A stretch of DNA of 64,000 nt from a virus (Duplodnaviria; Caudoviricetes), in IMG/VR virus record IMGVR_UViG_2693430034_000001, positions 1 to 64,000 of that record. One strand, written 5' to 3'. Of this stretch, positions 9,315 through 18,578 are shown piece by piece; the first letter of the stretch is position 1, and every line of letters starts with the position of its first letter. The position numbers and the translations under genes are program-made. The notes below the pieces were generated by a model. That model was not told the origin of the DNA and made no database searches. It saw only the letters and a list, made by a program, of their open reading frames with translations.

Positions 9315-11219
9315 CTACTCAGCGTCTTCGTCGTTGTACACGGCGTTCCCCTCGAGTTGCTCGATGAGATCGACGATATCAGCCGGGTCAACATCGTAGT
9401 CGACTGGATCTCCCGCATTTTCCTCATCTAGCGCGATCTGGTGAAGATCGGGGTCGTCGAGAAGAACCTGCAAGGCTCGAAGCTTCTGTGACAACCGACG
9501 ACTAACCGAATGATCGATACTGCCCAAACCTTTTGGCGTCATCGTTTGAAAGATATGGATGTTAGTTTCCACTCCAGCTGGCAGGCCTAAGCGGTGAATG
9601 CGATCAAGCGATTGCAGGTAATGCGTAGAAACATAGCTGCGATCCAAATAAATCGCTTCGTGGCATACACGATGCAGGCTAATTCCCTCGCCAGCGGCGG
9701 CGGGGTTGGCGAGCATAACTTGGCATAGGGGATCGCTGTGGAATCTGTGAAGACGCCCTTCACGAGTTGCGGGATCGGATGGCTCTCCACTCGGCACCGC
9801 TCCGTATAGCGAAACCGGATTCAAGTCCGCTAACATGTTCTCCATTTGCTGAATTGTATCAGTGAAGATTGTCCAAATAACCGACTTCTTACCTTCCTTC
9901 GCCAATGAGCGTGCCATGTCTGCAACCGCTCGCATTTTCGTAGACGCGCCCTCGGCGAGAACCTGATCAACAATTCCAGAATCCAGATTGATCACATCGT
10001 CCGTAATCGACCGGAGTGCTAGTACCGGATTGGAAGAAAGCTGAAGGAGGCGCATGACCGATTTTTTTGCGCCTATAATATCTATGCGGGATTCGGTTCG
10101 AAGCGTGCTGAATTGGCGCAATGCCTCGTCTCGGACGATGCTGTAGAGAACCATCTGTCCTTTCGCCATGGGAATATGGACGAAACTTCGATTGGGCTTC
10201 GGAAGGCCCAACTCTTGTTTGGTAGTCCTGACGTAAAGTTGTCCCAGGACCTGACGCGGGGGTAATCCCTGCCCGATTTGGAAACCGAGCCCCGCTCCCG
10301 GCCACAAGAAATCCAATTGAGATTGAATATCCGACGGGTGCTGCGGCATCGGTGTGCCAGTGAGAATGTCCCGTCGTATAGGCAGGGGCGCAACATTGAG
10401 AAGAAAAGCTCCCCGTTGCGAACGGAACCCCGCTTTCATGCGGTGAGCCTCATCCAAGAGGAGATGCACAGGCTGACGCGATAGGTATGAGGTGATGATC
10501 TCAGGAATTTGGATCATTAAGTCATAGTTGATAACGAAACGTGTCGCGCCTGATGATAGTGCGCGCTGGATTGCTTCTGACGATCCAGAGAGGACAGTGA
10601 ATTTTTCGGCATTATCGCCCGGGGCATCATCAGCGATGCATTCTTCGACGACCTCGCGCCACGCTGGAAATGCAGTTTTCGGCCCCACCACCAGAATATG
10701 CTGACCCGGCTTTCGCGCGAGTATGTGCAGAGCTAACGAGACGGTGGTTTTTCCTGCTCCAGGAACGGAGAAATTCGCCCCGTTCTGCAGCGATAGAAGG
10801 TGTTGAATGTCGCGCAATTGAAAGTCAGTCAGCGTTCGCTTTGTGAACCCGGCATCTTGCAGGCGTTGAGTAATTTCATCCCTTGTTATCGTGAGGGTGA
10901 GGCTGCCCTTCGCCTCTTGGACTTTTTTATACTGCTGAACAAATTGCTCGATCTTATCTCGCGCTTCGCCCGCTGCAGGACGAAAACGGAAATCGAGGGC
11001 CTTCTGCTGCCTTCCAAATTCGCGAATAAGGGCAAGAATGCCGGGCCATGACAGCTCAATCGCATTCGGATGCAGCGCGTACTCCGAACCCAGGCCAATG
11101 GCGGCCTGTTGAAGGCGGTCCCAAACCGAGTTGGTTGTCGCCCCCTCAAGGATAAGTTGCCCGGTCAGGCGTTGCGGATCGTACGTGATCGCGATGGACG
11201 CCGGATTGGGAGACGTCAA
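9315..11219 (-). CDS. SNF2-family helicase/translocase
   Basis: GAGKT, DEAH, LTGTP, AAGEGISL, QSLDRIHRLG; TTG start overlapping upstream stop. Confidence 0.92.
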   Translation of the reverse strand: MTSPNPASIAITYDPQRLTGQLILEGATTNSVWDRLQQAAIGLGSEYALHPNAIELSWPGILALIREFGRQQKALDFRFRPAAGEARDKIEQFVQQYKKVQEAKGSLTLTITRDEITQRLQDAGFTKRTLTDFQLRDIQHLLSLQNGANFSVPGAGKTTVSLALHILARKPGQHILVVGPKTAFPAWREVVEECIADDAPGDNAEKFTVLSGSSEAIQRALSSGATRFVINYDLMIQIPEIITSYLSRQPVHLLLDEAHRMKAGFRSQRGAFLLNVAPLPIRRDILTGTPMPQHPSDIQSQLDFLWPGAGLGFQIGQGLPPRQVLGQLYVRTTKQELGLPKPNRSFVHIPMAKGQMVLYSIVRDEALRQFSTLRTESRIDIIGAKKSVMRLLQLSSNPVLALRSITDDVINLDSGIVDQVLAEGASTKMRAVADMARSLAKEGKKSVIWTIFTDTIQQMENMLADLNPVSLYGAVPSGEPSDPATREGRLHRFHSDPLCQVMLANPAAAGEGISLHRVCHEAIYLDRSYVSTHYLQSLDRIHRLGLPAGVETNIHIFQTMTPKGLGSIDHSVSRRLSQKLRALQVLLDDPDLHQIALDEENAGDPVDYDVDPADIVDLIEQLEGNAVYNDEDAE

Positions 11220-12550
11220 CTCGCTGCCTCTTTGGATTTGGCGCCTTGCACGTAGGCTTGCAGCTTGGTCTTCAAATCTTGTCCGCGAAGTACAATCTCG
11301 TCCAATTGTTTCGCAATGCCCGGGTATGTGCTCGGCTCTGCCTTCGTGAGGTCCACTTCCGTGAGGCGAGTGTTAGCATCGCGTACCGCTGCAAGTGCAT
11401 TCTTTCCCTGTTTGGCCGTCCTGCTGGCATCAATAATTGTCTGACAGACAACAACTAACCCATCCGTGATTTCCTCGCGCCGCGCCGGGTCGTCAATCGC
11501 CCCAATGAGACCGCCATAGGTCGTCGAATTTCCAGCTTCGTCGCCGAGATCAATGTCGATGTCCGCATCGTCGTCGTCGGACTCGCCCTCTTCGTCCAAG
11601 TCTATATCGATATGGTCCGCCAGCTTGGAAAGGACCTCCTCCGCTTTGTTTCCGAACATGTCGTTAAAGGCATACACTCGCTGGCCCAATTCGCTGCTGT
11701 TATCGATGAGAACCCAACCGATACGACGGCTCGCTTCAAGAAGCTCTCCCGTCTTGCCCTTCAGCCGTCCCGGCAAATCGTAAAAAAACTGCTTTGATTC
11801 TTCGACCAACCGATAATCGCCGGGAGCCTTGCGCCAGTCGCTGAGATAAATATTGACCTCTTTGAGCGCACTTATAGCGGCCTTCACTTCCTTGGGGCGG
11901 GACCGCATTACGTGAGCAATTTGGCTTTCAGATTTGCCGCAATTTATTTGCGTCTGAATCATCAGGCACTCATCTATCCATCCGTACGGAAGTTTAGTTT
12001 CTGGTGTCATTTGGAGGCGGATTTCGATCTCGACAATTTGCTCTGCCGTAAGCGCCGGGAGTACTGCGCACTCAACGTGCGCGAACTCTGCATAATCCGT
12101 CGGGCTCTCTGTATAGAGTTCGCGCATGGCCGCGAGGCGGCGGTTGCCGTTGATGACCAGCCCGCGGGGCGTGATCCAGATCGGCTCGCGCTGTTGATCT
12201 CTTTTTAGAACATCGATTATAGGAGTTATTTGTTCGGTCCCATCCTTCGCAAATTTCTTTAGTATTTCGTGCTGTATCTGTTGCACGGCTTCGTTTTCCT
12301 CGCCTTTGGCGAAATAGTCTGCATGCAATCCCTTCTCGCTGACATAAGCGAGTTGCTGCGTTGCCGTGCGGCCATTGGCCATGCGATAGATAGGAAGATT
12401 TAAAGGTATCCGTATCACCTTCAACGACGTCGGTGTATTTTCGAATACATCATGGCTGGTGACTTCACGCAGGGGTGACGTAAGTTGGGCCTGAATAATC
12501 TGTTCACGCTCGTGTGGCGGCTTCACAGTAACTTTGTAACCGAATGCCAT
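11216..12550 (-). CDS. ParB/Srx-like N-terminal domain protein with acidic C-terminal region
   Basis: N.R, QREP, VINGNRRLAAM; D/E-rich tract. Confidence 0.75.
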   Translation of the reverse strand: MAFGYKVTVKPPHEREQIIQAQLTSPLREVTSHDVFENTPTSLKVIRIPLNLPIYRMANGRTATQQLAYVSEKGLHADYFAKGEENEAVQQIQHEILKKFAKDGTEQITPIIDVLKRDQQREPIWITPRGLVINGNRRLAAMRELYTESPTDYAEFAHVECAVLPALTAEQIVEIEIRLQMTPETKLPYGWIDECLMIQTQINCGKSESQIAHVMRSRPKEVKAAISALKEVNIYLSDWRKAPGDYRLVEESKQFFYDLPGRLKGKTGELLEASRRIGWVLIDNSSELGQRVYAFNDMFGNKAEEVLSKLADHIDIDLDEEGESDDDDADIDIDLGDEAGNSTTYGGLIGAIDDPARREEITDGLVVVCQTIIDASRTAKQGKNALAAVRDANTRLTEVDLTKAEPSTYPGIAKQLDEIVLRGQDLKTKLQAYVQGAKSKEAAS

Positions 12551-12563
12551 GCGCCCCTCTTGC

Positions 12564-13025
12564 TTATTCGAACGACACCAGCAACAGCGGCACCGTTATA
12601 ATCCTATCGAACAGCTGAACCTCTTTCCAAACGCGCTCCGAATGGGCGACGTTTGAGTTGATGATCTCCGCTGCTGCCTTTGTGGGCACGGCGAGCGCTG
12701 CGGCTTCAATCTTCTTTTGCGTATAGAGATATTGAAGTTTCACCAGATCGTATATTGCGCGGCTAATGTTGCCGGTCTGAATCTGAAATGCGAGATCGCG
12801 ATACATGCCGGTTACGGTTAGATCGGAGTCTGCATCAATCCGCGTGTTGTAAGCCCAGCCCGCGTTAGTCAGTTCATCCTTGAGGTGGCTGCGTATTTTC
12901 GCTGTACAGCCCGCAGCAATCGCAATCTTTGGAGCCTCAAAGAGATCAGTGAGCCATTCGTCTAGCTCACGCCGCTGCCACTCGGCATTCCCGTTATGAA
13001 GCGAGAAGGCACTGACAAATTTCAT
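12564..13025 (-). CDS. BglII/BstYI-family restriction-endonuclease-like protein, atypical active site
   Basis: L...GW...FQIQTGN.SR.IYDLVKL; coupled to MTase stop. Confidence 0.7.
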   Translation of the reverse strand: MKFVSAFSLHNGNAEWQRRELDEWLTDLFEAPKIAIAAGCTAKIRSHLKDELTNAGWAYNTRIDADSDLTVTGMYRDLAFQIQTGNISRAIYDLVKLQYLYTQKKIEAAALAVPTKAAAEIINSNVAHSERVWKEVQLFDRIITVPLLLVSFE

Positions 13026-13900
13026 TCGACATGCCTGAGAGGAGGTTCGTAGACGGGCTTGTTCATTGGGCGGACACGGAGTGTCCCCTCCTTCAAGTCT
13101 GCGACCCGATTTTCAGCGATCCGGACATATTCCTTGACGGCATCACAGCCATAGACATTCCGGCCATTTTTCAACGCGGCAACAGCCGATGAACCAACGC
13201 CGAGGTAGGGATCCAAAACATTGTCGCCAGCATTTGTCAGTGAGAGCACCAATCGTTCGACCAAGCCCACCGGAAACTGGCAAGGGTGGGCCTCTTTCTC
13301 GACGTGATTCGCTTTAACGTTCGGAATTTCCCAGACGTCTGATGGATTTTTTCCAAGGGGATTGCCAGATATTTTGCCACGCTTGGGACCCTTGAAATGT
13401 TTCTTTTCGGGATACTTAGAAGGAACGCGGACGGGATCTAAGTTGAATGTATAGTCCTCACCCTTGGTGAACCAAAGTATAGTCTCGTGCCGTCCCGAAA
13501 ACCGCTTCTGGCAGTGTAGGCCGTGACCAAACGTCCAAATGATGCGGTTTCTGAGTTTCAGGCCGTGCGCTTTGAACAGCGGGTACAAAATGATATCGAG
13601 CGGAAAAATCTCGCCGTCATCAACATTGTTTCCGACCTGCCAGCATATAGAACCCTGTGGGTGCAAGAGGCGTACGGCTTCCGCGATGGTGGCTGCTTGT
13701 TGCTCGATATACAGCTCATTCGTCGTCCGCTTCTCATAGGCCTTATCCATGTTGTAAGGCGGCGACGTCACAATTAATTTCATGCTTTCCTTGTTCAGTG
13801 ATCGCATGAAATCGAGATTGTCGAGGCACTCGATAACTGACTGGGCATCCTTCTTTTTGAACGGAAGGACGTTGCGGACCTTTGTTAGCGGCTGGGCCAT
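13022..13900 (-). CDS. Beta-class N4-C/N6-A DNA methyltransferase
   Basis: TSPPY before HPCQFP and VLDPYLGVGSS. Confidence 0.93.
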   Translation of the reverse strand: MAQPLTKVRNVLPFKKKDAQSVIECLDNLDFMRSLNKESMKLIVTSPPYNMDKAYEKRTTNELYIEQQAATIAEAVRLLHPQGSICWQVGNNVDDGEIFPLDIILYPLFKAHGLKLRNRIIWTFGHGLHCQKRFSGRHETILWFTKGEDYTFNLDPVRVPSKYPEKKHFKGPKRGKISGNPLGKNPSDVWEIPNVKANHVEKEAHPCQFPVGLVERLVLSLTNAGDNVLDPYLGVGSSAVAALKNGRNVYGCDAVKEYVRIAENRVADLKEGTLRVRPMNKPVYEPPLRHVE

Positions 13901-14025
13901 GAATTGAATTGCTGCACTAAGCTTGAACTGCTGCACTAAGGGGGGCGATTCGAATTAAGGAAGCTTCACACGTTCAATATGAGCAAACAACCATAAATCG
14001 TGGCTAACCTTGCGTATTTGTTGCT

Positions 14026-14106
14026 TTACTGCAACAGGTTTGCCCGCGCGGTGGGCGTCCGGCCCCTATATTTGCCTGCAGCCTTGGCCTTCGCGATACC
14101 TTCCTG
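14026..14106 (-). pseudogene. C-terminal fragment of serine recombinase/resolvase
   Basis: QEGIAKAKAAGKYRGRTPTARA, the arm region of resolvases, with no catalytic domain upstream. Confidence 0.75.
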
Positions 14107-14305
14107 AAGGGGACTTCGGCTCCGGATCACGGTCAGGCAGCGCATAGGCGCAGTCGGCGCAGATGATCGCTCGCTTGGCGCCGATGAAGCTCGAGTCCTC
14201 AATATCCTTGCAGAGCGATCCTGCGCAACGGACATGGACGTACTCTCCCGGAGCCCATCCATGGCGTTGCGGCCTGCTGTCCTCTTTCCAGCGGAGCGGC
14301 GGCAT
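14066..14305 (-). CDS. Small Cys-containing phage protein, C-terminus probably replaced by the resolvase remnant
   Basis: GWAPGEY...C....C...F.GAKRA..CADCA; coupled to upstream stop. Confidence 0.6.
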   Translation of the reverse strand: MPPLRWKEDSRPQRHGWAPGEYVHVRCAGSLCKDIEDSSFIGAKRAIICADCAYALPDRDPEPKSPSGRYREGQGCRQI

Positions 14306-14988
14306 CAACGAACCGTCGATGCCAGAGCCAGACCGATGGCGGCGGTCGCTGCCTTCGGCGAGCCCGAGAACGTGGTGTCGACCACGCGCTTGTAGTGCTG
14401 CACCATTGCGGAATCGAGGTCCGCGTAGAGCTGCTCCAGGCTGGAGTCGTTGTGGATGATGAAATCCGGCTTGATGCGATCGATGCGCTCGCTGCCGTGG
14501 ACGCCCCACATCAGACCGAACTTGTCGTAAAGGAACTCGCCGAACCTGCCCCAGGTGAACTTCGCCGGCCGGGTGCCCGGGCGCTTGATCATGATGGTCA
14601 CGCCGCCGAGGCCCTTGATCGCTTCCTGCTCGTTCGGGAAACGCACGGAGTCGTTCATCACGCTTTCGCCCTCAGCGACGCCGGCCGCCCAGGTATCAGC
14701 CCATAGATCCGGATTGATCATCTCGCGGCCCCACTCGGTGCCCAGGGTGATCTGCGCATAGCGGGAGGTGACGCCAAGTTCGGGGATCATCGACTCCTTC
14801 AGATCACCTTCCAGGTACCGGGTGATCATGTCGGCCGACATGCCGTTCGCCTTCAGCAGCACGGCGAGCATGGCCCGCAGCGGCTCGGCGATGTGCTTGC
14901 GGCGGATGCCGTATTTCTGCTCCAGATACAGCGCCGCCGTCGTCTTGCCCGACTGCGCAAAGCCCGAAAGTCCTACTACCGTCGACAT
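14305..14988 (-). CDS. Deoxynucleoside monophosphate kinase
   Basis: GLSGFAQSGKTT, AEPLR, LGTEWGR, VRFPNE. Confidence 0.88.
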   Translation of the reverse strand: MSTVVGLSGFAQSGKTTAALYLEQKYGIRRKHIAEPLRAMLAVLLKANGMSADMITRYLEGDLKESMIPELGVTSRYAQITLGTEWGREMINPDLWADTWAAGVAEGESVMNDSVRFPNEQEAIKGLGGVTIMIKRPGTRPAKFTWGRFGEFLYDKFGLMWGVHGSERIDRIKPDFIIHNDSSLEQLYADLDSAMVQHYKRVVDTTFSGSPKAATAAIGLALASTVR

Positions 14989-15024
14989 CTACTCTCCTTT
15001 GGTTATTTGCATTCAAGCAAGCGC

Positions 15025-15486
15025 TCAGGCAGCAAGCAGCTGCCGGGTGACATCACAGGCTTCCCAGAGCGTTGGGACGCGGTAGCCGATGCAGTGCATC
15101 AGCATCGCGTGTTCATGGATGTTGCCGGTCTCCTCGACCGCGCAGACGATCGGGGTGCCCTTGGAGTCGGCCCAGGCAATCTCCATCACGGTGCCGATCG
15201 TGACCTTCTGGGCGCGCAGAAGGTTGACCAGCAGCACCTTGCAGCGCATCGCGTCCCAGCGGTCGCGGATCGTCAGCCCCTTGGGCATAGACATCGGCGA
15301 CTTCAGGCGCGCGGTCTCCTTGGAGGCGTCGGTGAAAACACCGACCTCCTTGAGGTGCTCCTGATCACGCAGGGGCGATAGCGTCTTGATCCCAAACTGG
15401 GAGAGGTGGGCTTTCGCCTCCTCCCGCCAGTCGGTGGCGCCATCGAAGTTCAGTCCGGAGATCGGACCGGCCAGGTAGACGAGCAT
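15025..15486 (-). CDS. Nucleoside 2-deoxyribosyltransferase-like protein
   Basis: VYLAGPI, RD..D, IGTVMEIAWA. Confidence 0.8.
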   Translation of the reverse strand: MLVYLAGPISGLNFDGATDWREEAKAHLSQFGIKTLSPLRDQEHLKEVGVFTDASKETARLKSPMSMPKGLTIRDRWDAMRCKVLLVNLLRAQKVTIGTVMEIAWADSKGTPIVCAVEETGNIHEHAMLMHCIGYRVPTLWEACDVTRQLLAA

Positions 15487-15518
15487 GGAAGCCTCCTTAT
15501 TTGCATTCATGCAAGCGA

Positions 15519-17474
15519 TTAGACAGCAGAAGACGCCGGCACCCGGATGATGGGCTTGGCCGGGCGCCACTTCCCCTTCTGCAGGGTGACCAGAGAGCGC
15601 TTTCCGTCCGCGTATTGCAGGATCATCGTCACGGCCCAGCCAGACGCGCCCTTGTTGTAACCGTGGCGCAGGTTCATCGCGCCGGCCACGTAAACGCCGT
15701 CCAGGATCTCGGGGCTGTGCTTGTCGCCGATCGACATCTTGCGGCCGACGCGGGCGAAGCCTGCCACCGTTCCCTTGGCGCCGTTCGCGCCGCGGAAGCC
15801 GTGGTTGCCGACCTCAATGCCATCGATCAGGCGGCTGTAGCCGTCGTGACACCACTCGACCAGATTGCCCAGCTCGGGCTTCTTGACCCGGATGGCGTAT
15901 TCCAGCAGCGAGAACCGCGGCACTGGCAGGTCGTTGTCCAGGGCGTGCGAGCGCGCCTCGACGTAGCCGAGGTACGCATCCTCGAGCTGCAGGCCATAGC
16001 GCACGTTGGTTCCGTCGTTGCGGTACCGGCCTTCGCGGACGTACTTCTCCAGGGCGATATCGTGGTTGCCTTCAGCGATGATGATCGTGCGATCACGGCC
16101 GGCGGCCAGAACCAGAAAATCACCGACCTGATCGACTTCCTGCTCCACGCTGTCGCGGCCACGGATGGCCATCTCGTAGCTGTAGGCATTGTCGTGGACG
16201 TGGTGGTGGTTCCGCGCCTCGTTGTCGAGGATGTCGTGGGCGATAATGTTCTCGGGATCGAGGACGTCGACCATGCTGTTGCGGTACTGGCTGCGACCGC
16301 CACGCATATCCCAGCCGAACACGGCCATGCAGTTGCCCTGATCAAGCTTGCGGACGTGGAGATCGGCGCAGGTCATCGCCTTGACCCGGTTGCCCGTGGA
16401 CACCTCGCCGTTCGCCACATGGGCGTCGAGGTCGTAGAAGGCACCGTCCTCACCAGCGGTGATCTGACGGCAGAAGACGTCCCCCTCTTCGTCGAACTGA
16501 ACGACGGTGGCGCCGATGACCTGGTGGAAGATCGACTTCACGCCGGCCTTGCGCGGTATCACCTTGGGACGGGTGACACATCCGGACGTCATGACCTGAT
16601 GCGCCTGGACGGCCGGGTCGGTCGACGGGACGCTCTTGAGCTGGCGCTTGGCGTGCGGGAACACAGCCCAACGACCCCGGCTGTAGGTCACCAGATCGGA
16701 GATCGGCGCCGAGGCGGTCGGCAGCGTGTTCATTTCGCCGCAGAACATGAAGTTCGAGCCGATTTTCATCTGGCCGAAGCACATGAACGGCGTTAGTTCG
16801 GAGGCGTATTCCCGAGCCTGTGGGTTATTCTCGGCCCACCACTGCGTCTCATAGGTGAACGGGCCGACGATGATCTCCGCGCCGATGAAGGCGGCGTAGG
16901 CTTGCAGGTTGGCCCAGAACTCCTCGTGGAGCATGGAGTCGTTCTGCGCGGACGTGAAGATGAAGCTCTTGCCGCGGCTGTCGACGATCGGAGATACCTT
17001 CAGCGTGTCGGTCATCCAGGTGCGGGGCTTGCCCTCGCGCAGGACGTAGGCGTGCGCGTCACGATCCCAGCGACGGGTCATGTAGCTGTCAACGACGATC
17101 GATTCCGGGTTGACGACCGGATACATGGATTGGGTGATGAGTGAGGTAACTTCGGTCGAGAGCGCAACCGCGCGTGCGTGCGCGTGCTCTTCGGCGGACA
17201 GTTCTTCGCCAGCTTCCTCGGACCCTCGGGTCACGGTGGCGGTTTTCACCGGGGGAACGTACAGCGACCAATCGATCGCGTAGTTCTCTTTGCGCTTGCG
17301 CTTCAGCGCCTCTTCGGCGCGAACCCAGTTCGGATAATTGATGCCTTCACGACCCTCCGCGGTCTTGGTGGCGGAGGCAAGGCCTCCACGTTGGCCCTGC
17401 GGGTGGTAACCGAGCTGCAGGAGATCCTCTACGACCTTCTTTCTACGGGCTCGTTCTTCGATGGAGAGCGTCAT
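15519..17474 (-). CDS. Large metallophosphoesterase-domain protein (T5 A1-like)
   Basis: DLH, HD, GNHD, NHG, GDKHSP motifs; FTSAQN N-terminal block. Confidence 0.6.
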   Translation of the reverse strand: MTLSIEERARRKKVVEDLLQLGYHPQGQRGGLASATKTAEGREGINYPNWVRAEEALKRKRKENYAIDWSLYVPPVKTATVTRGSEEAGEELSAEEHAHARAVALSTEVTSLITQSMYPVVNPESIVVDSYMTRRWDRDAHAYVLREGKPRTWMTDTLKVSPIVDSRGKSFIFTSAQNDSMLHEEFWANLQAYAAFIGAEIIVGPFTYETQWWAENNPQAREYASELTPFMCFGQMKIGSNFMFCGEMNTLPTASAPISDLVTYSRGRWAVFPHAKRQLKSVPSTDPAVQAHQVMTSGCVTRPKVIPRKAGVKSIFHQVIGATVVQFDEEGDVFCRQITAGEDGAFYDLDAHVANGEVSTGNRVKAMTCADLHVRKLDQGNCMAVFGWDMRGGRSQYRNSMVDVLDPENIIAHDILDNEARNHHHVHDNAYSYEMAIRGRDSVEQEVDQVGDFLVLAAGRDRTIIIAEGNHDIALEKYVREGRYRNDGTNVRYGLQLEDAYLGYVEARSHALDNDLPVPRFSLLEYAIRVKKPELGNLVEWCHDGYSRLIDGIEVGNHGFRGANGAKGTVAGFARVGRKMSIGDKHSPEILDGVYVAGAMNLRHGYNKGASGWAVTMILQYADGKRSLVTLQKGKWRPAKPIIRVPASSAV

Positions 17475-17597
17475 TTGACCCTATGAATGGTGTGGAACCA
17501 CTCCCAGGGCTGCTTAACCCCCAGGATTTATGGTCCTGGGGGTAGCACATAATTTGCATTCAAGCAAATTTGAGAATGCAAACAAGGATCCAAGGCC

Positions 17598-17939
17598 TTA
17601 CTTGGACGAAAGCTTGATCATGTTGACGATGCGATCGACGATAAGGTCTGGCATCTTCATCACCTGCTCCGTCAGGCTGTCCATTCGCTCGGTCAGCCTG
17701 CTCTCGATCGACCTCACAGTGTCCCAGGAGGCGTACTCCTCGACCACCTTGAGCTTGAAATCGGCCAGCTCCTTCTGCGCCGTCTCGGCCTTGACCTGGG
17801 CGGCGGCGGCCTGGGCTGCGGCGTCGGAGCGCACGGTGTCGATCTTGCCTTCGACCTTGTACCAAACGCCGGAGATGAAGCCGGCGATGGCTACGAACGG
17901 ACCCACGAGCTGCAGGGCCTCAGAAAAGTCCATAGCCAT
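17598..17939 (-). CDS. Holin-like membrane protein with coiled coil
   Basis: Single N-terminal TM; end of lysis cassette. Confidence 0.5.
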   Translation of the reverse strand: MAMDFSEALQLVGPFVAIAGFISGVWYKVEGKIDTVRSDAAAQAAAAQVKAETAQKELADFKLKVVEEYASWDTVRSIESRLTERMDSLTEQVMKMPDLIVDRIVNMIKLSSK

Positions 17940-18232
17940 TAGAAGTAGCCCTTCGTCTCTGCTCTATCGAGCAGGGCCATGCAGGCCTTGGAATCGGTGA
18001 TGTTGCCATTGGCGCCGATCAGCGCCGCCCGGTACCGGGCAATCACTGCGCGGGCATCCATTCCGGCCTTGATCGGGGGAAGCTCAACGGTCTGAGCGAC
18101 CCGCATGCAGGCGCTGAGATCCATCCGGTCTTCGACCAGAACAGCGTCACTGGATGTTTGACAGGCTGCGAGCGTCAGCGGGAGACAGAATAAGAGCGCC
18201 AGCTTTGCGGCGCTGCGCCAGCTGCTTTTCAT
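17939..18232 (-). CDS. Outer-membrane spanin (Rz1-like lipoprotein)
   Basis: Lipobox LAAC; overlaps 3' end of Rz-like gene in another frame. Confidence 0.75.
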   Translation of the reverse strand: MKSSWRSAAKLALLFCLPLTLAACQTSSDAVLVEDRMDLSACMRVAQTVELPPIKAGMDARAVIARYRAALIGANGNITDSKACMALLDRAETKGYF

Positions 18233-18578
18233 AGTCGGTAACTTTCTGTTGGAGGCGGGCTTTGGCCGCTTCGGACTCGGACAGGCGTTCGGCGAGCTGA
18301 TCGGCCCTACGCTTGCTCTCGACGTCCTCGATGGGTTCCCGGACCGTGACGGCCGGGCATTTGAAGGTGGATATCTGCTTCTGCAGGTCGGCGACCTGCG
18401 CCTTCAGATCCGACTTGTCAGATGCACCGGAGTGATGGGCAAAAGCCGCCACGACGGCCAGAAGGACAACGGCCAGGATGACCTTGCCCTTCGTGCTCGC
18501 GACGAAATCCCGAGCCGCTTGGGCGTACCCGGTGACCGCGGCGCAAAGGACCGCGATCTTGTTGACGATGTTATCCAA
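18147..18578 (-). CDS. Inner-membrane spanin (Rz-like)
   Basis: TM helix plus coiled coil downstream of endolysin. Confidence 0.7.
   Translation of the reverse strand: MDNIVNKIAVLCAAVTGYAQAARDFVASTKGKVILAVVLLAVVAAFAHHSGASDKSDLKAQVADLQKQISTFKCPAVTVREPIEDVESKRRADQLAERLSESEAAKARLQQKVTDYEKQLAQRRKAGALILSPADARSLSNIQ

Noticed and set aside
11216-12550. ParB-like gene as partner of the ParA-like gene at 46436
   Set aside because: 34 kb apart, different base composition, and translationally coupled to the SNF2 gene
15501-16796. Long + strand ORFs opposite phage genes (also 39478-40815, 42974-44284, 44762-46090, 55107-56153, 59822-60856)
   Set aside because: Antisense shadow frames typical of high-GC DNA; the opposite strand carries recognisable proteins
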